Below are positions 12,561 through 26,060 of a DNA stretch of 64,000 nt, in pieces. Numbering within the stretch: the first letter of the stretch is position 1; every line of letters starts with the position of its first letter. A program made the translations under genes and the position numbers. Source of the stretch: Gnetum montanum (Eukaryota; Plantae; Gnetophyta); NCBI GenBank assembly GCA_015680685.1, contig MNCI01000167.1, forward strand, positions 2,346 through 66,345, read 5' to 3'. The notes under the pieces were generated by a model. That model had not been told where the DNA came from and made no database searches. It saw nothing but the letters and a program-made list of their open reading frames with translations.

Positions 12561-15521
12561 GAAGCAGGATGAAGCACCTTTAGACAATCGGAAAGAAGGA
12601 TAGAAGAGAATAAGAACTTAACTGCCAATCATACATATCAATGTAATGTTTGCTTGTACGATCACCCCAAAGGCCAATGCCCAATCTTGTCAAATTTGCA
12701 TGAGCATTGGGGAAGAGTGTTGCACCTAGAGTTTGTAGAGAGATACTATGTTCAATCACAGTGGCAAAAATCCTAGTTGTGGGGGAGGCCACCCTCGAAC
12801 TAGGTACACCCTTCATATCATCCAAACCCAAGCACTTATCAGGTTCAGCATCCTGTTTTCCCAACCAAGTCAACATCCTCTATCTCACCAAATAATGATT
12901 ATTCTCCTCAATACTATCAACCCATATCCTCTCCAACACAACCACCACCTTGGATACCTTACACTTCTTCTCAATTTCAACATTCTCATCCTTCACCTGC
13001 TTCTATATTGCCACCAATTGTACCTAAGAGTTTTGCACCACATCATCAACCCACGAATGTTACTTGTGCTTCTATTGTCAATAGCAGTGGGAATCCTCCA
13101 CAACATCATAGGCATCCCTTCTTTAGATGTAACCGTAGAAAGGGACACCATAGTTCAGAAACCACTGCATCCTCCAACTTAGCACAAGTCCAACACTGTG
13201 GTGCAACTCCCTTTTTGAACCCAATGCCTCATGTTACCTTATCAAGGCCACCACTCAATACACCAATGACTATACGGCCCAATGAATATAGCCACATGGG
13301 GAGACATGTTGATCCTTGCATATCATCTTATGGTCACAAGTATTGTAGTGGGTCAACTCCTTATAAATTAACCACATATTCTAACTTGCCCCACTATGTC
13401 AACTCTAATCAAGTGTGTGAACCCTAATGGGGTAAGTATGACTAGGTTCCAATATCTCCAGCATGCAAGGACCCTAACTTTTCATTTATTAATTCTAGCC
13501 ATGCTCAAAGGATTAGTCATGGGGGATACCCCCCATTCTAACAAGCAAAATTAATAAATGTTTTTCCTTTTCTTTAATTTTACAATTTTTTGTTTTCTAG
13601 TTTTTCATCTTTCAATTTTTCTAGTTTTATATTTTTATTAGTTGTGTCATCTTTTTATTTATTTATTTATCTTTTTATAAGTAATCTCATCTATGAATAA
13701 AGCACTCATGTAACTCATTGGTTGAGGTGTTGTTCTATGTTATCAAGTCTCAGGTGACTAATTATTTGGACAGCAAGCCCACCACATCCACCCAACCATT
13801 CTACTAATAAGAGGTTCTACCCTGGTTACAATGATATTCCTAATCATTAAAACTTAAAGTAACCTTGTGTTCATTATGCCCAGAATGAAAAATGATGGAT
13901 TAAGAGGGAATGGCCAGGGTGTGACATCAAGGGGACTTGTGAATTCTCTTTGGTGACACCTGTGGGAGTTATCATGCAACTTGGTTGTACTAAGATCCTT
14001 GTAGATCTAATGAAAAATGGGAGTAAGAGTAATCAAAAGGCACTCAATCAAGAAACCCAATGCTATTCTAGGGGGTCCCATTGGAAAGACATGCACCCAT
14101 GCCTAAAGGTAGGCGGCTTCTCTGGATTAACCATTCAAAAAAAAAAGAGTGTGTGCCAAAGCGACCACACAATAAAAAAACATGTGTGCCATAAAGCAAA
14201 AATTACTCCTCCCTTGAACAAAACACCAAGTGATCGTACACCTTGTTGTCATGATGCTCTTATGGTTGTCCATAATGGGATGAAATAATGCAATGTCACT
14301 GATCGGAGGAATGGACTTGGTCCTGATTTTGGAGTGATGGGAAAATGACACACTAATCATGCTGTACACGCAGGATGCATTGTGCCTTGAGTCAGTTATC
14401 TCATGTCCCAATCTCGGCAATCCCTTCTACAAGTTGCCCCACCTCATTGTTCGTGTAATTGTGACTTGTGACTCCGATAGCATGGGATTCATAAATCATC
14501 ATAGTGATATCTACATGTGTGTGTTTTGTGAGCTTGGTGTGGATTACATTTAACACTTCTAGTGCCTATAGACATTTCAGGGTGTGGTTATGCAAGGGCA
14601 CTATAGGTTGGAACCTGCTTTGGGGAGGACCCACTTGTATAACCCTTGTAATTTGCACTTGTACAACATCTCCCACACATCATCTTATACCCTCTAAGTA
14701 TTACCAATGTTCTTCTTTCCTTTATCATCCTTCTAGTTCAAACGTTCCTCTTTCCGCCTACTCTTCATGATTTTCATTAACATATTTTACACCATTATAC
14801 TCTTTATGCCTTCAGGACTAGTTTGTATTACCCTGGATCCCTTTACATTGACCTACACGTCCTTAGTTTATACCTTGGAATTTCAAAAAATTTGTAACTT
14901 TTTTAAGTGCCCTATTTTTTATAGGACGTAATATTGGGTCCTCGATATTGAGTCTGATGTGATATCGGGTCCCCGCTAGTGGGTACATGATGTCGCGTCC
15001 TTAAAATATATATATATATATATGGACCCCCCACGCACGTTAACATCATTTGCAACTGTTCATGTGGGGGAAGTTTTTTAAATTTTCTTCTACGACTTGT
15101 GATTGCACATCTCTTGTTTCAATAGCCATAACTCGCTCGCTAGCGCTCTAATTTTTATTCCATTTGAACCTACTTGAACCTAGAGTGTTCAGCTTAGTTG
15201 TGGGGGAGGGGTACATGCTGAATTGCGTATAAATTTTTTGAAATTCGTCATCACCCAAAGGACACTATCAAGGGTAATTAGCTATAAAAATAATAAACAT
15301 GTGCCAAAAACAATTTCATCTCCTTATCTATACTGGGAAATTAAACTCTGAAACCACCTAAGCAAAGTGGACCAAATATTAAAATCTTTTGGGGACATTT
15401 CCATAAAAATTCCTAACTTTAAAATCACATGGAATCAGAACAAACTCATTAAGGCGAGAAGTATGGCATAACTTAACTTTGGTAAGCAACCTTACTAATG
15501 ATTGGTCCCATGTGATTGCAG

Positions 15522-18280
15522 ATGGCCCCAAAGCATGGACAATAAGAAGGTACCTCTCAAGGTGCGTCTAAGCAACTCAGGAAAGGTAAAGGATAGGTGC
15601 CTACCGAACAACATGCAGAGCAAGAGGAGCAATCATTCAGTATCCATCAAGAAGGCCCTACCACTATACAATTGGGACAGGCAGAAGGAGGAGCTACTGC
15701 AATGCCTGAACAAGGACAATGCCTCACATTGCCTCTGAAATGTGTCCCGGCCATCCATGAAAGATCCACATGAACTGCAGTGATCGTGGAATTGAACTTC
15801 GAACCTTTCACAGAATTTGCTCCTGAGGCCGTTAGGGACCACCTCAAAGGGTCCCCATTATGGCCTATCCTCTCCGAAAGTGGTGCCTGGTACTTAGGAG
15901 AAACGTACCAAAATTGGCACAATAAAGAAGAAGGCACAACAGTTGACATTTGTGGTGTGTCTATTGATTTTAGTGTTGAACCTTCTGAATACAAGGCCAA
16001 AGGCTGCTCGTCTATCTACTCGTTCTGATGCTAATGTGTGAAAGATTTGGTTAGATAGAGCATATGGTAAGGAAGATAAGACCTATGGAGAGTTGATGTT
16101 GGAAGAGAAGATATACTTTAAAATTTGAACTTAGCATATCTTTTCGACAAAAGGATTAAATAGAATTTCAACATATGCAGCAAGAGGAAGTGCTATATTG
16201 ATGGGAAAGGTTGATGCTAACCTACCTCATCTATATTTTGTGGAGATCTTAAGGCGGTTTGAAGAACACAAGATAGGGAAGTTTGCATTGCCCTTCTCTT
16301 GTCTCATCAGGAAGTTGTGCAAGCATGCTGGTATTCGAGGATACACCAATGACACCCTCAGAAGAGCCCAAAATGCTTTGTATGCCAAACTACTAAAGCC
16401 ACCAGCTACAAGAAAAAGTGTTGGTGAGATGTTGGGGCTAGAATAAGAGCAAGAACATATGGTGGGGCCCACTGCAACTCAACTTGTAGGGCCTAACCAA
16501 CTTCTAAGCATGGGACCTAATCAACAATAAGAAGCAAGGCCTAACACGAGCCAACAAGGTCAACCACCATAGGATTACCAACCGTCGATGAGCCATCTCA
16601 GGGCCATTGCTGAGACAATCAATTGGGGAAGTCGTGATGATGCAAATCTCTTCTGTGTCATCGACGATACCGTACAGTCCACTGTCTCTATAGATCGTGC
16701 ACAGGGCGAGGTGTCCATTTAGATAGGAGGAGGAGAGACTTATTGGTCACTATAGATTTCAAGGAACGTTGCATCCTTTTAGGTGTAATTAGAGATTGGT
16801 GAAGAGGCCACAATGGTGATCATGTAGGACCAAGATGCAGTGGGAGCTGCAGAGGTGGTCACAGATAACATCAAGGAATATTTTAACCTCCCTGTTGTGC
16901 CACTGGTAGATTTCATAGGAGCACAAGATGCTCAAACTCTGGCTAGTTCCTCAATGACTCCTGCAAAACATGAGGATGTGCTTAATCAATTACTACAAAT
17001 AGGACAGGTAATGATGTCCTTGTTTGACATCCCACAGGATGTTACAATAGCACAATCAAACCTCATCTCCACTAAGGGAAAGCTAGTCATGACAGAGGTA
17101 AGGGTTGGGCACGTAGAAGTAGAAGTGGCAAGACTGTAAGAAAGGCTTATAACCTTGCAAGCTGCATAGTGAGATCCCTCTCAATTCATTCTTGTAGACC
17201 AGCTGGACACCTTCAGGACCGAGCAACTCAACAAATTGTTGGTAGAAAATAAAAGGGTGGTGGAGGAAAAAGAGACGGCCGACTAGGATGCCTCTAAGGC
17301 ACAAGCGCAAACCTACGCACATGCCAAGGCACTCAAGGCCTTACAAGAAGAAAATAAACAACTTGTTGCTGACAATCTTTGGTTGACCTCTGTGGAGAAA
17401 CAAAAGAACATTCTCAAAGAAAATTTTTAGTAATTGCTAGAATAGTTGATCAGGGTCAACTAGGACATGAACCGTTTGGCTAGAGAAAATCAAACCCTCT
17501 CAATAGAGGAGGTATGTGCCATCCGTTAGAAGACAACCATCGAAATAAGCGCATGGCAGAACGAGGCCAAGCAGCACGAAAAGTTAAAAGAGCACTTCCG
17601 AGACCAGGTGGGAATGTACAAGCAAATCATCGAGAAGGAGCTTCATATGGCCAAGGCCCACATCAACGCTTTTAGTGCTCAACACACTAATTGGTGGGCC
17701 ATATAGGATACATATACATTTGTCCACCAGGCAAAACTTAAAAGCTAAGACCTGCAGATTCAGGATATCACAGAGTACATGGAGTTGGCAAATCTATAGT
17801 ATGCCAATCTAGCCATGTTGATAGCAGGGCACCCGAGGACAGAGCTCAAGAGGTAGGTAGCTACCACCTATGCCAAGTATGAAGCAGAATTTACAGAACA
17901 CAAGAAAACATTACATAAGCTGGAAGTCACAAATTCTGAATTAGAGGTGGTTAAAGCAAGCTACCAAGGACAAAAAGATGTTGCAATTACAGATTTTCAT
18001 AAGTACAAGGACAAAGCTAGAGCCTACGAGGAGGAACGATGATTATTTGCAACTTGGGACATCAAAGCACACAAAATGTTTCCACAACTACCATGCCCAT
18101 GGAAGGTGCCAACTCCATCAAACATCGGAGCATCAGCATGGATGGCACAGGATCCCTGAACAGAAGAGGAAAAGATCTGGGCACTACTTCAACATCATCA
18201 AATCTCAAAACCTGGAGCACAAGACAAGGGGAAGCAACCCATGGAGGAGCCACCGCCACCTGGAACCACATGAGTTCCAC
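15522..18280 (+). pseudogene. Athila 'env-like' extra ORF of the nested element, decayed
   Basis: Splice-acceptor-like TGATTGCAG directly before ATG (MAPK...). GTTVDICGVSIDFS and GKVDANLPHLYFVEILRRF...FALPFSCLIRKLCKHAGI motifs, then a long coiled coil. Confidence 0.75.
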
Positions 18281-21200
18281 AAAATTTTGTAATTTCGTGT
18301 TGTGTCCCAATTTTGTTCTATTGAGTTCTCCACTGTAGCATGAATAAATTCTCTGGCAGTCAATAATCCCATACCTATCCATTATGTAATCAATGGGACT
18401 TGTTCTCATTTTGACTTGAGGATGAGTTTTTATTCATTCGTGGGGGTATGATGAATCGTGATTCATCAGGCCACGATATCGGGAATGCGATATCATAGCC
18501 CAATAACAGTATCAAATACACAATATCGTGGTTCCTGTGTGGGCCTATAAATACACATGTAGACACATGGGAAGAGGAAGTTTTTTTCAGTAAGTTTTAA
18601 AAGTCAGTTTAGTGTAGGATCTTTTTGTCATTTTTTCTCTCAACACTTTCTCCCAATGCATGCCCGCAATGTGATGATTATAATTACACGACATCCTTTA
18701 TTCAAGTGTGACGTACTTGGACATGACTGAAAATAAAGATCGAGATTACTTCATCATTGTAGCATTCACTTAGTTTAATTATTTAATTATTATTGTTATT
18801 TATTACTTTCGTAGTTAATATCTCTTCATCCTAACTCCTTAAACACAGAATGAGTACAACTTAATCATGAGCATTTAAGTGCGACTACTTGGTAACCTAG
18901 TAGTGTACCTAGGATCTGCACTTGGTAATCCTAGTAGTAGTCGTCCACGAGGTCCAAGATGTGTATGAATGATTAAGGAATGGATGCTCATCACACTTAG
19001 GCTAACTTAGATTCTCTCTCCCTATCTCCTATTAGTTTAGATTCTCTCTCCCTTTTCCTCTTAGCTTAATTAAAGATTATTTTCCATTGTCTCTAGGAGC
19101 AGCATTAGTTTAGGAACACATCATACACCTCACTTTGGACTAAACCATACGTGAAAAAGCAAATACTAGTCCAGGTGGGAAGAGAGCGAACTACGATCAA
19201 CGAGTAACTATCTAGATACCACAACTAGCCCATCTACAGAGTTCAACCAGATCATGCGTGAAACACTCGTATTCGTATGGTTGAGTGTAGGGGTACCTCG
19301 CCACTCATCATTAACAAGTCATTTTGGATGGTGTTGGAATGGTTAACTCTCAAAATTTGATGGTTTCATATCATTTTGTTCATTAACCCTTTGAGGGAGT
19401 TAGAAATTTTTTTTGAAAAATTTCATGAAAAACTTTAAGGTTTGTGGCCCCCTTGATCAAGAGTTTATTGGTAGCTATAAGATCAAGAAGTGATTTGAAC
19501 AAACAATTGGGAAGTTATGGGCTTTGGAAGGTCTTGGGCTTTGAAAAATGGCAAAACTCCCCTTGTGTTGTGAAGAAAATGTCAAAAAATTACAAAGTAT
19601 GCAATGGTATATATAGAGTTTTTGACATGTGTTGACAAGGTCTCATCGATGGGGTTGGCTATGTTGACAGGGCCTTGTCAATGCAGCTGTTGACCACTAT
19701 AGACTTTCATTGACTTTGGTCAAACTTTCAAAATACAAGGAGTTTTTGAGTGAAATTGGGATCAAGTGGAAGCCCAAAAAGCCATGAACATGATTAAAAT
19801 AGTAGAAGATGGTATTGGAGTTTAGAAAATTAAGAAATTTGATAAAATAGTTCAAAGAATGAATATTATGGAAGTCTAAGGCGCACTTTGCAAGATACAC
19901 TATGGAATATGTGAAATATAGGATTGTAACAATGTCTAAAGTAAGGAACTTAACTAACCAAGCCAAAGGATATGCAAGTGGGTCCTCTCCATAGTAGGCA
20001 CATGTCCTTTATGCTCTTTCATAATCTCAACTAAGGAGTCCATGGGCCTAGAGTCGATTAATGGTCATGAAAAGTTAAGGACCAACTCAAAGAATCTATC
20101 CAAGAATTTCAACATGTTAAACTAAGGCATCGAGCATAACATAGAACCTGACAATGAGATGAGTTATGGTAACATAGATGGATGATTGAGAAGATGGAAT
20201 GGAATCCCGAATTGAGGTCATAAGAAGTCCCTTGTGGAATTTGTGTTTAAAATACCTGAGAAGATCCATCCTTAGTCCAAACCAAAACCAGCTTCTTTCA
20301 GTGACTTCTCATTGCCACTCCTAAACTAATCCACCTCCTTGAGACATAAGAGTGCTCCTACAAAACAACCATTGTTCCATAAAGAGAAGAAGAGAGAAGT
20401 AGGAAGTAAGAGAAGGCCTTAGTTGGAGGGGACCTTCAGGCATGGGTGCATGTCTTTCTAGTCCCATAACCAGTGCTTGTAGCCCATTTATTTGTCTAAG
20501 GAGTGTGCTTTGAATTCCCATCATGTTTTTTTTTCTTTTTCTTTTTTAAAAAATTTGGATGGAAACCATACCATGCAAAGACTTTATTTGACTTCCTATT
20601 AGTGGTTGGAATGGAACAATAAAAAGTTCACAAAAAACACTGTAGCACTCAAGTAAGTAGAAGAGTACAAAGAGTATTGAGTTCCCTTGAAGTCACACCC
20701 TATACAAGCCTTTGAATCCTTTCCAATTCTAGAAACTGCCAAGGTCATTAATTAATTAAAAGTTTCTTTAATGGAAGGGACCTCAAACTTCTAGAACAAG
20801 GAGAACCATAAAGTTTGTTGGATGGGTGGATGACGTGGACTCACTGCCTTTTCCATAAAAAATAAACCATGTCATAGTCATTAGACATTAGAATTCAAAA
20901 ATAGAAACTAGACATTAACAATCACGACATTAAGCACAAATTATCATTAGTAAACAGCAACAGTGGCATTGTGTTCTATGGTAATAAAGCACTTTTATTA
21001 GCAAAAATAATGAAAAGTCATACAAAAATACAACAAAGTAAAATATAGAAAAAAAGTATAAAATGTTCAAGAAAGATAAAATATACTAACGATGTTGTAA
21101 AACAAAAAATTGAGAAAACCAATAGAACCAAAAACCAAAGAAAAAGGTAAAAATCAACAAAGTATAAAACAAAAATCTATAAAACAAAAAGTAAAAATTT

Positions 21201-21399
21201 GAAAAGCCATATGGATGGTTAGCATAGATGGCCATCTCCCCCATGACAAAGTTGGAAAGAGGAGATCCAAAAAATTGAACGTGGTTTTCCATCAATTGAG
21301 GTGGTAGTTGCACTAGCTTGTCTTAGTTCCAGGCAAGGTTTCATTTATTGGATGTTGACTAACTACTTTTTATTTAGGCTCTCAGGCTTGTAGATTAAC

Positions 21400-24372
21400 A
21401 TGACCCCAGAGGGAGAGGTTTGATAAATTATATAAGGTCATTTTCACAACGTTTGGAACTTTGTCTTCTGGGGTACATGTGTGGGGTTCCAGTAGAGAAC
21501 CTTATCTCTTAGTTGAAATTTTTCTTTCCATATTTTGAGGTCATGATGTTACTTGTTAAATGCCTTGTGCACCTCATGCAAAGATAGGACCACTAATCAG
21601 TTTTCATCTAGCACATTGAGGTTGATTAGTCTTTCTTTTTGTGCTAGACTTAGGTCAAGATTCAAATCGCAGGCTATTGAGAGTGTACGAAGCTCGGATT
21701 GAATTGGGAGTGTTGGAAGTTTTCTGTACACTAGCTCGTAGCGAGAATAGCCAATAGGAAGTTTCCATGTTGAGCGGTAGGCCTAAAGGGCATCATTGAG
21801 TTTTGTTCTCCAATCTTTCCTATATTTGCTAATGGTCCTTGTTAGGATCTTTCTGATCTCCCTATTGGTTACCTCTGCTTAATCGTTGGCTTGGGGGGTG
21901 ATAAGGTGTTATTAATTTATGTTCATCCCCCAAGCATTGCATCAACTTTCTAAAAGCGGCACCTGTGAAATGAGTTCCATTGTCAGAAATTAGTGCACAT
22001 GGCATCCCAAACTTATTTACAACATTTTGTTATATAAATCTAGCAGTAGTGGATGATGTACAATTAGTGACAACTACTGCTTCTGCCCATTGGGTGTAGT
22101 AATTGATTGCTATGACAATCTATGCATTTCCATTGGACATGGGTGTGATGGAACCCATGAAGTTAATGCCCCATATGTCAAAAGGCTCTAGTGGTTGCAT
22201 CCATTATTGAGGATCCTCCATTCATGTGGTGATCCCACCATCTCTTTAACAATGTTCACAAGATTGAACAAACTAGTGGGTATCCCTAAAGATTGTAGGA
22301 ATAGTATCCTACCATTAGGATTTTTATGGTCGTGTGTCTCCCTACATAGTGGCCTCCACAAGGCCCTTCATGATTATCCTAGAGAATGCGCAGTTGATCT
22401 TTATCAAGGACACACCAATGAATCAAGCCATTGGTGCACACCTTGTAGAGGTGTCCATTGATTTCCATGAAGTATTTGGCATGATGAAGAAATTGTTGCT
22501 TCTTTCTAAAGTCAAGATCTTGTGGCATTTCCTGAGTGAGAAGATAGGTGAGGATGCCATTATACCACGTTGGTTTTGTAAACACTTGATCATTTATTAC
22601 ACTTGTAAAGAGGAGTTCATTTGGAAATTGATCAGAGAGTGGGCTCTCCTCCTCTTTATTATCCCATCTTAATCAAGAGAGGTGGTCAATGACCACATTC
22701 TTAGTCCCTTTCTGATCTACCAGCATGAGATCAAATTCTTGCAAGATCATGATCCACTGTATGATATGCAGGCTCATCGTTGGCTTGTTCATTAGGAAGC
22801 GGATGGCACTATGGTCCGTGTGCACAAATACTTTATAACCAAGCACATAGTACCTAAATTTTTTAAGAGCATACACCACTACCACTATTCTTTCTCCATG
22901 GATGACCCTTATCTTTTCTGGGTCTACCTCAATCCCTTTTTGTGAAATTCAGTGTCCCAATACCATGCCTTCCTAGACCATTAGATGGATTTTCTACTAG
23001 TTAAGGCTAAGGTTTGTTTCAACACATCTTTTCAAAACCTACTCAAGGCAATCTAGGGCTTTCTCAAATGTAGCCCCATAGATAGAGAAGTCATCCATGA
23101 AGACTTCTACCCCACTACCAATCTGCTATTGGAAAATACTAAGGACTAGGCATTGAAATGTTGTAGGGGCATTTCATAGACCAAATGGCATTTTNTCTAT
23201 GAAATGCCCCTACAACATTTCAATGCCTAGTCCTTAGTATTTTCCAATAGCAGATTGGTAGTGGGGTAGAAGTCTTCATGGATGACTTCTCTATCTATGG
23301 GGCTACATTTGAGAAAGCCCTAGATTGCCTTGAGTAGGTTTTGAAAAGATGTGTTGAAACAAACCTTAGCCTTAACTAGTAGAAAATCCATCTAATGGTC
23401 TAGGAAGGCATGGTATTGGGACACTGAATTTCACAAGAAGGGATTGAGGTAGACCCAGAAAAGATAAGGGTCATCCATGGAGNGGCTCAACATTGATTAT
23501 GACCATCTTACCATTATTTAAGAATGCATACTCTATGCTAGTTGGTAGAGTTTTCAACTCTAGGAGCTCCTGCTTGAAGTTATTAGGGATTTTGAACTCT
23601 TCCTAACATGTATCATCATCTTCATCACCAGAGAGTTGGTGATGAACTTACTCAAGTTCATCCATGCTTTCAACATAAGCACATGTTAGGCTCTCAGTTG
23701 GTTCCATGCATAATGTGCTACTGTTTGAGTTAGCTGTTAGTCACTAGGTGGCCTCCTATTTCATGGGTGTTGTGTACAATCACCTTTGAATATCTATTTC
23801 TTGTGCACAATGATTGCATGCTTTAATGTATGTACTTTTGATGGACCAAATGCTTTGCACGCAATTGCACCTATTATCACTGTATGCTATGCATGGAATA
23901 TGATTCTTCTCTAGCCTTCCAAATTCATTTTCCTTGAGATTTCCAAGGAGAGGTTCCTTATGCCCATATGTGCATCAATTGTGCTTAACCATGCTCTTCC
24001 CATAATTATGGGGAGGTCACCTTTGCAATTTTCAACCTTGATCACCAAAAAATCAGCAGGATAGGACCACCCACTAACTATGGTCACAATGTTTTCCACT
24101 AATCCCAAAGGAATAGTGATTGACTGGTTTACAAGTTCCAAATGGATGTTGCTCTTCTTGAGAGGTGGTAAGTTCTGTGCCTTGTACATGTCATGAGAGA
24201 TGAGATTGACACTGGAACCAAAATCAAGAAGAGCCTTGCATGGCTCATGTCTAGTGATTTGTAGGTAAATGAGTGGAGTTCCTGGGTTAAATCTTTTCAT
24301 GGGAAGATTGTGAACCTTGATCCAATTAGAAACATCATTAGTTAACATTACATTGCATATCCGAGGTGGCAT
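21400..24372 (-). pseudogene. Gypsy pol of the outer element (protease, partial RT, RNase H, integrase), decayed
   Basis: CKALLDFGSSVNLI (PR), FMDDFSIYG (RT), YALKKFRYYVLGYKVFVHTDHSAI (RH), PFDIWGINFMG and ISDNGTHF (INT). Confidence 0.9.
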
Positions 24373-25299
24373 TTGGTTTGAAGGACACTTGAAGATGTTT
24401 GATGCAGAGGATGAGGGTGTTAGGGATGCAAGACGACTAGCCGCATTAGGTTGTGAGGGTTTGGGAGGATTGTTGGATTGGAAAAAGGATTGTTTCTTGG
24501 ATTGATTATTTGAACCACTTGGTGGAAAAGCCAGTTGTGAATGTACAACCCTTGCAGCATTTCGTTGCTACGATTGTGGATGAATCTCTCCCTACATGGA
24601 CGAAGCATGAGGTAACTGAGTTAAGGGTGGAGGGATGTGTGTAGACAAATGCAAAGGGTGGTATGGATATGGATTCTCTCCCAAATTAGATGCTAAATGT
24701 GTTTAATGATACTCTGGAGGGTAATAGTGATATTGAAATGAGGCATGGCTTGTAGAACTTCTCAGAGAAATAGGTTGCTGAACATAGTACTTGTATGGAT
24801 CTAGTTGCCTATAGGGGCACTACTTCCTTGGTAGTGGCATTCCCCACAATTGTGGTTAGTGCCACTATTGGTATTGCTCCTATGGTTGTGGTGGAGCTCC
24901 ACTTGGTTAATAAGCTTATTGTTGCTGGTGGAACTACCTTGGATTGCCTTGAGGATAAGGCAATTGTCTAGGTGCTTGCCTACATGCTAGTTGAGGATTC
25001 AATGTGTACATTCCAAACTCTTATAAGTGTGATATTACAGGGCAACATCCTTTTAGATGTTCATATCGACAAATGTCACAATCAATATCATCTTCAAAGT
25101 CTGTCTCCACCACTTCTTCTACTATGGCAACCTTGCCCCTACCTATTTAGTAGGCACATTCAACTTCTTTTCATCTCCTACATTCACAATTACTATTTTG
25201 TTCTTTGAATGCCTTAACAATCTAAATAGTGGTTTAAAGTTTTTCATCTAAAGAGTCCCATAATTTATCAACCTTTGACAAAATGTTAGAAATAGATTT

Positions 25300-26060
25300 T
25301 TGAATAGGTGAGGTTTTCTTGTTCATCACTTCATTGAGTAGTGACTCCTCCTCATCACAAAATCGAACCTCCCTTTTTCTTATGGAAGGGTCTCTATTAT
25401 ACTTTTTTGCACTTTCCCTTTTTCACAACTCACCTTCTTCTTTCACTACCTACTCTATAAGCCTTTGGATTTGATGAGCTCTTAATTCAGATAGTCTCCC
25501 TTGGGCATAAACCCCAAGAGTTCTTCTAGTTTCTACTCTAAGCCCATTTATGATGTAGTGAAGTTGTTTCCTTTGAGAAAAATCATGGCCAAGGCATTGA
25601 TGTAAGAGTGAATAATATTTGCCCATGGTAGCATCCAAGGGTTCGTGTGTTCCTTGTTTCCAACCCTAGATTTGCCTTCTCAGGTTAAACACTCTAGAGT
25701 ACATTTGGTATTTATCATTAAATAGGTCTAACATGGTACTCCATCGACAAATGGGTTTCGGCCCCAAGGACCAGTACTAGCTTTCAACTTCCTTGATGAG
25801 TGCCTTGGGGAAGAGCTTAAGTTTTTGCTAATCATTTTCAATGTTCTATAAGGCACAGGCATCATGGAAAGCTTGTAGATGTGTTTACGGATTAGAATTG
25901 TATCCCCCCTTAAATATTGGGATATTGTTCATGTCTAAGCACTTGATTTGACTATCTTTCACATGCTTGGTTGGGATCGTTACTACCTCTATAATGTTAA
26001 GCATACTTCTAGTCGCCAATAGAGGTTCATCATCATCATTATTGCATTGTCTTTGATGAT
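25300..26060 (-). pseudogene. gag of the outer element, decayed
   Basis: HLQAFHDACA, KLKLFPKAL and YYSLLHQCLGHDFSQRKQLHYIINGL; homologous to the gag at 11703. Confidence 0.8.

Larger units (their letters stand above)
9119..19310 (+). mobile_element. Nested non-autonomous Athila-like element (gag plus env-like ORF, no pol)
   Basis: 5' LTR 9119-11421 (interrupted) and 3' LTR 18449-19310. TSD TTAAC at 9114-9118 and 19311-19315. PBS TTAGCGCCATTGTCAGG at 11422 and PPT CGTGGGGGTA before 18449. Confidence 0.92.

Noticed and set aside
22895-23483. ~285-bp near-perfect inverted duplication within RT, which looks like a hairpin/siRNA source
   Set aside because: The second arm is bounded by single Ns (23196 and 23483) and is nearly identical in an otherwise decayed element. 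Most likely a scaffolding or gap-fill artefact.
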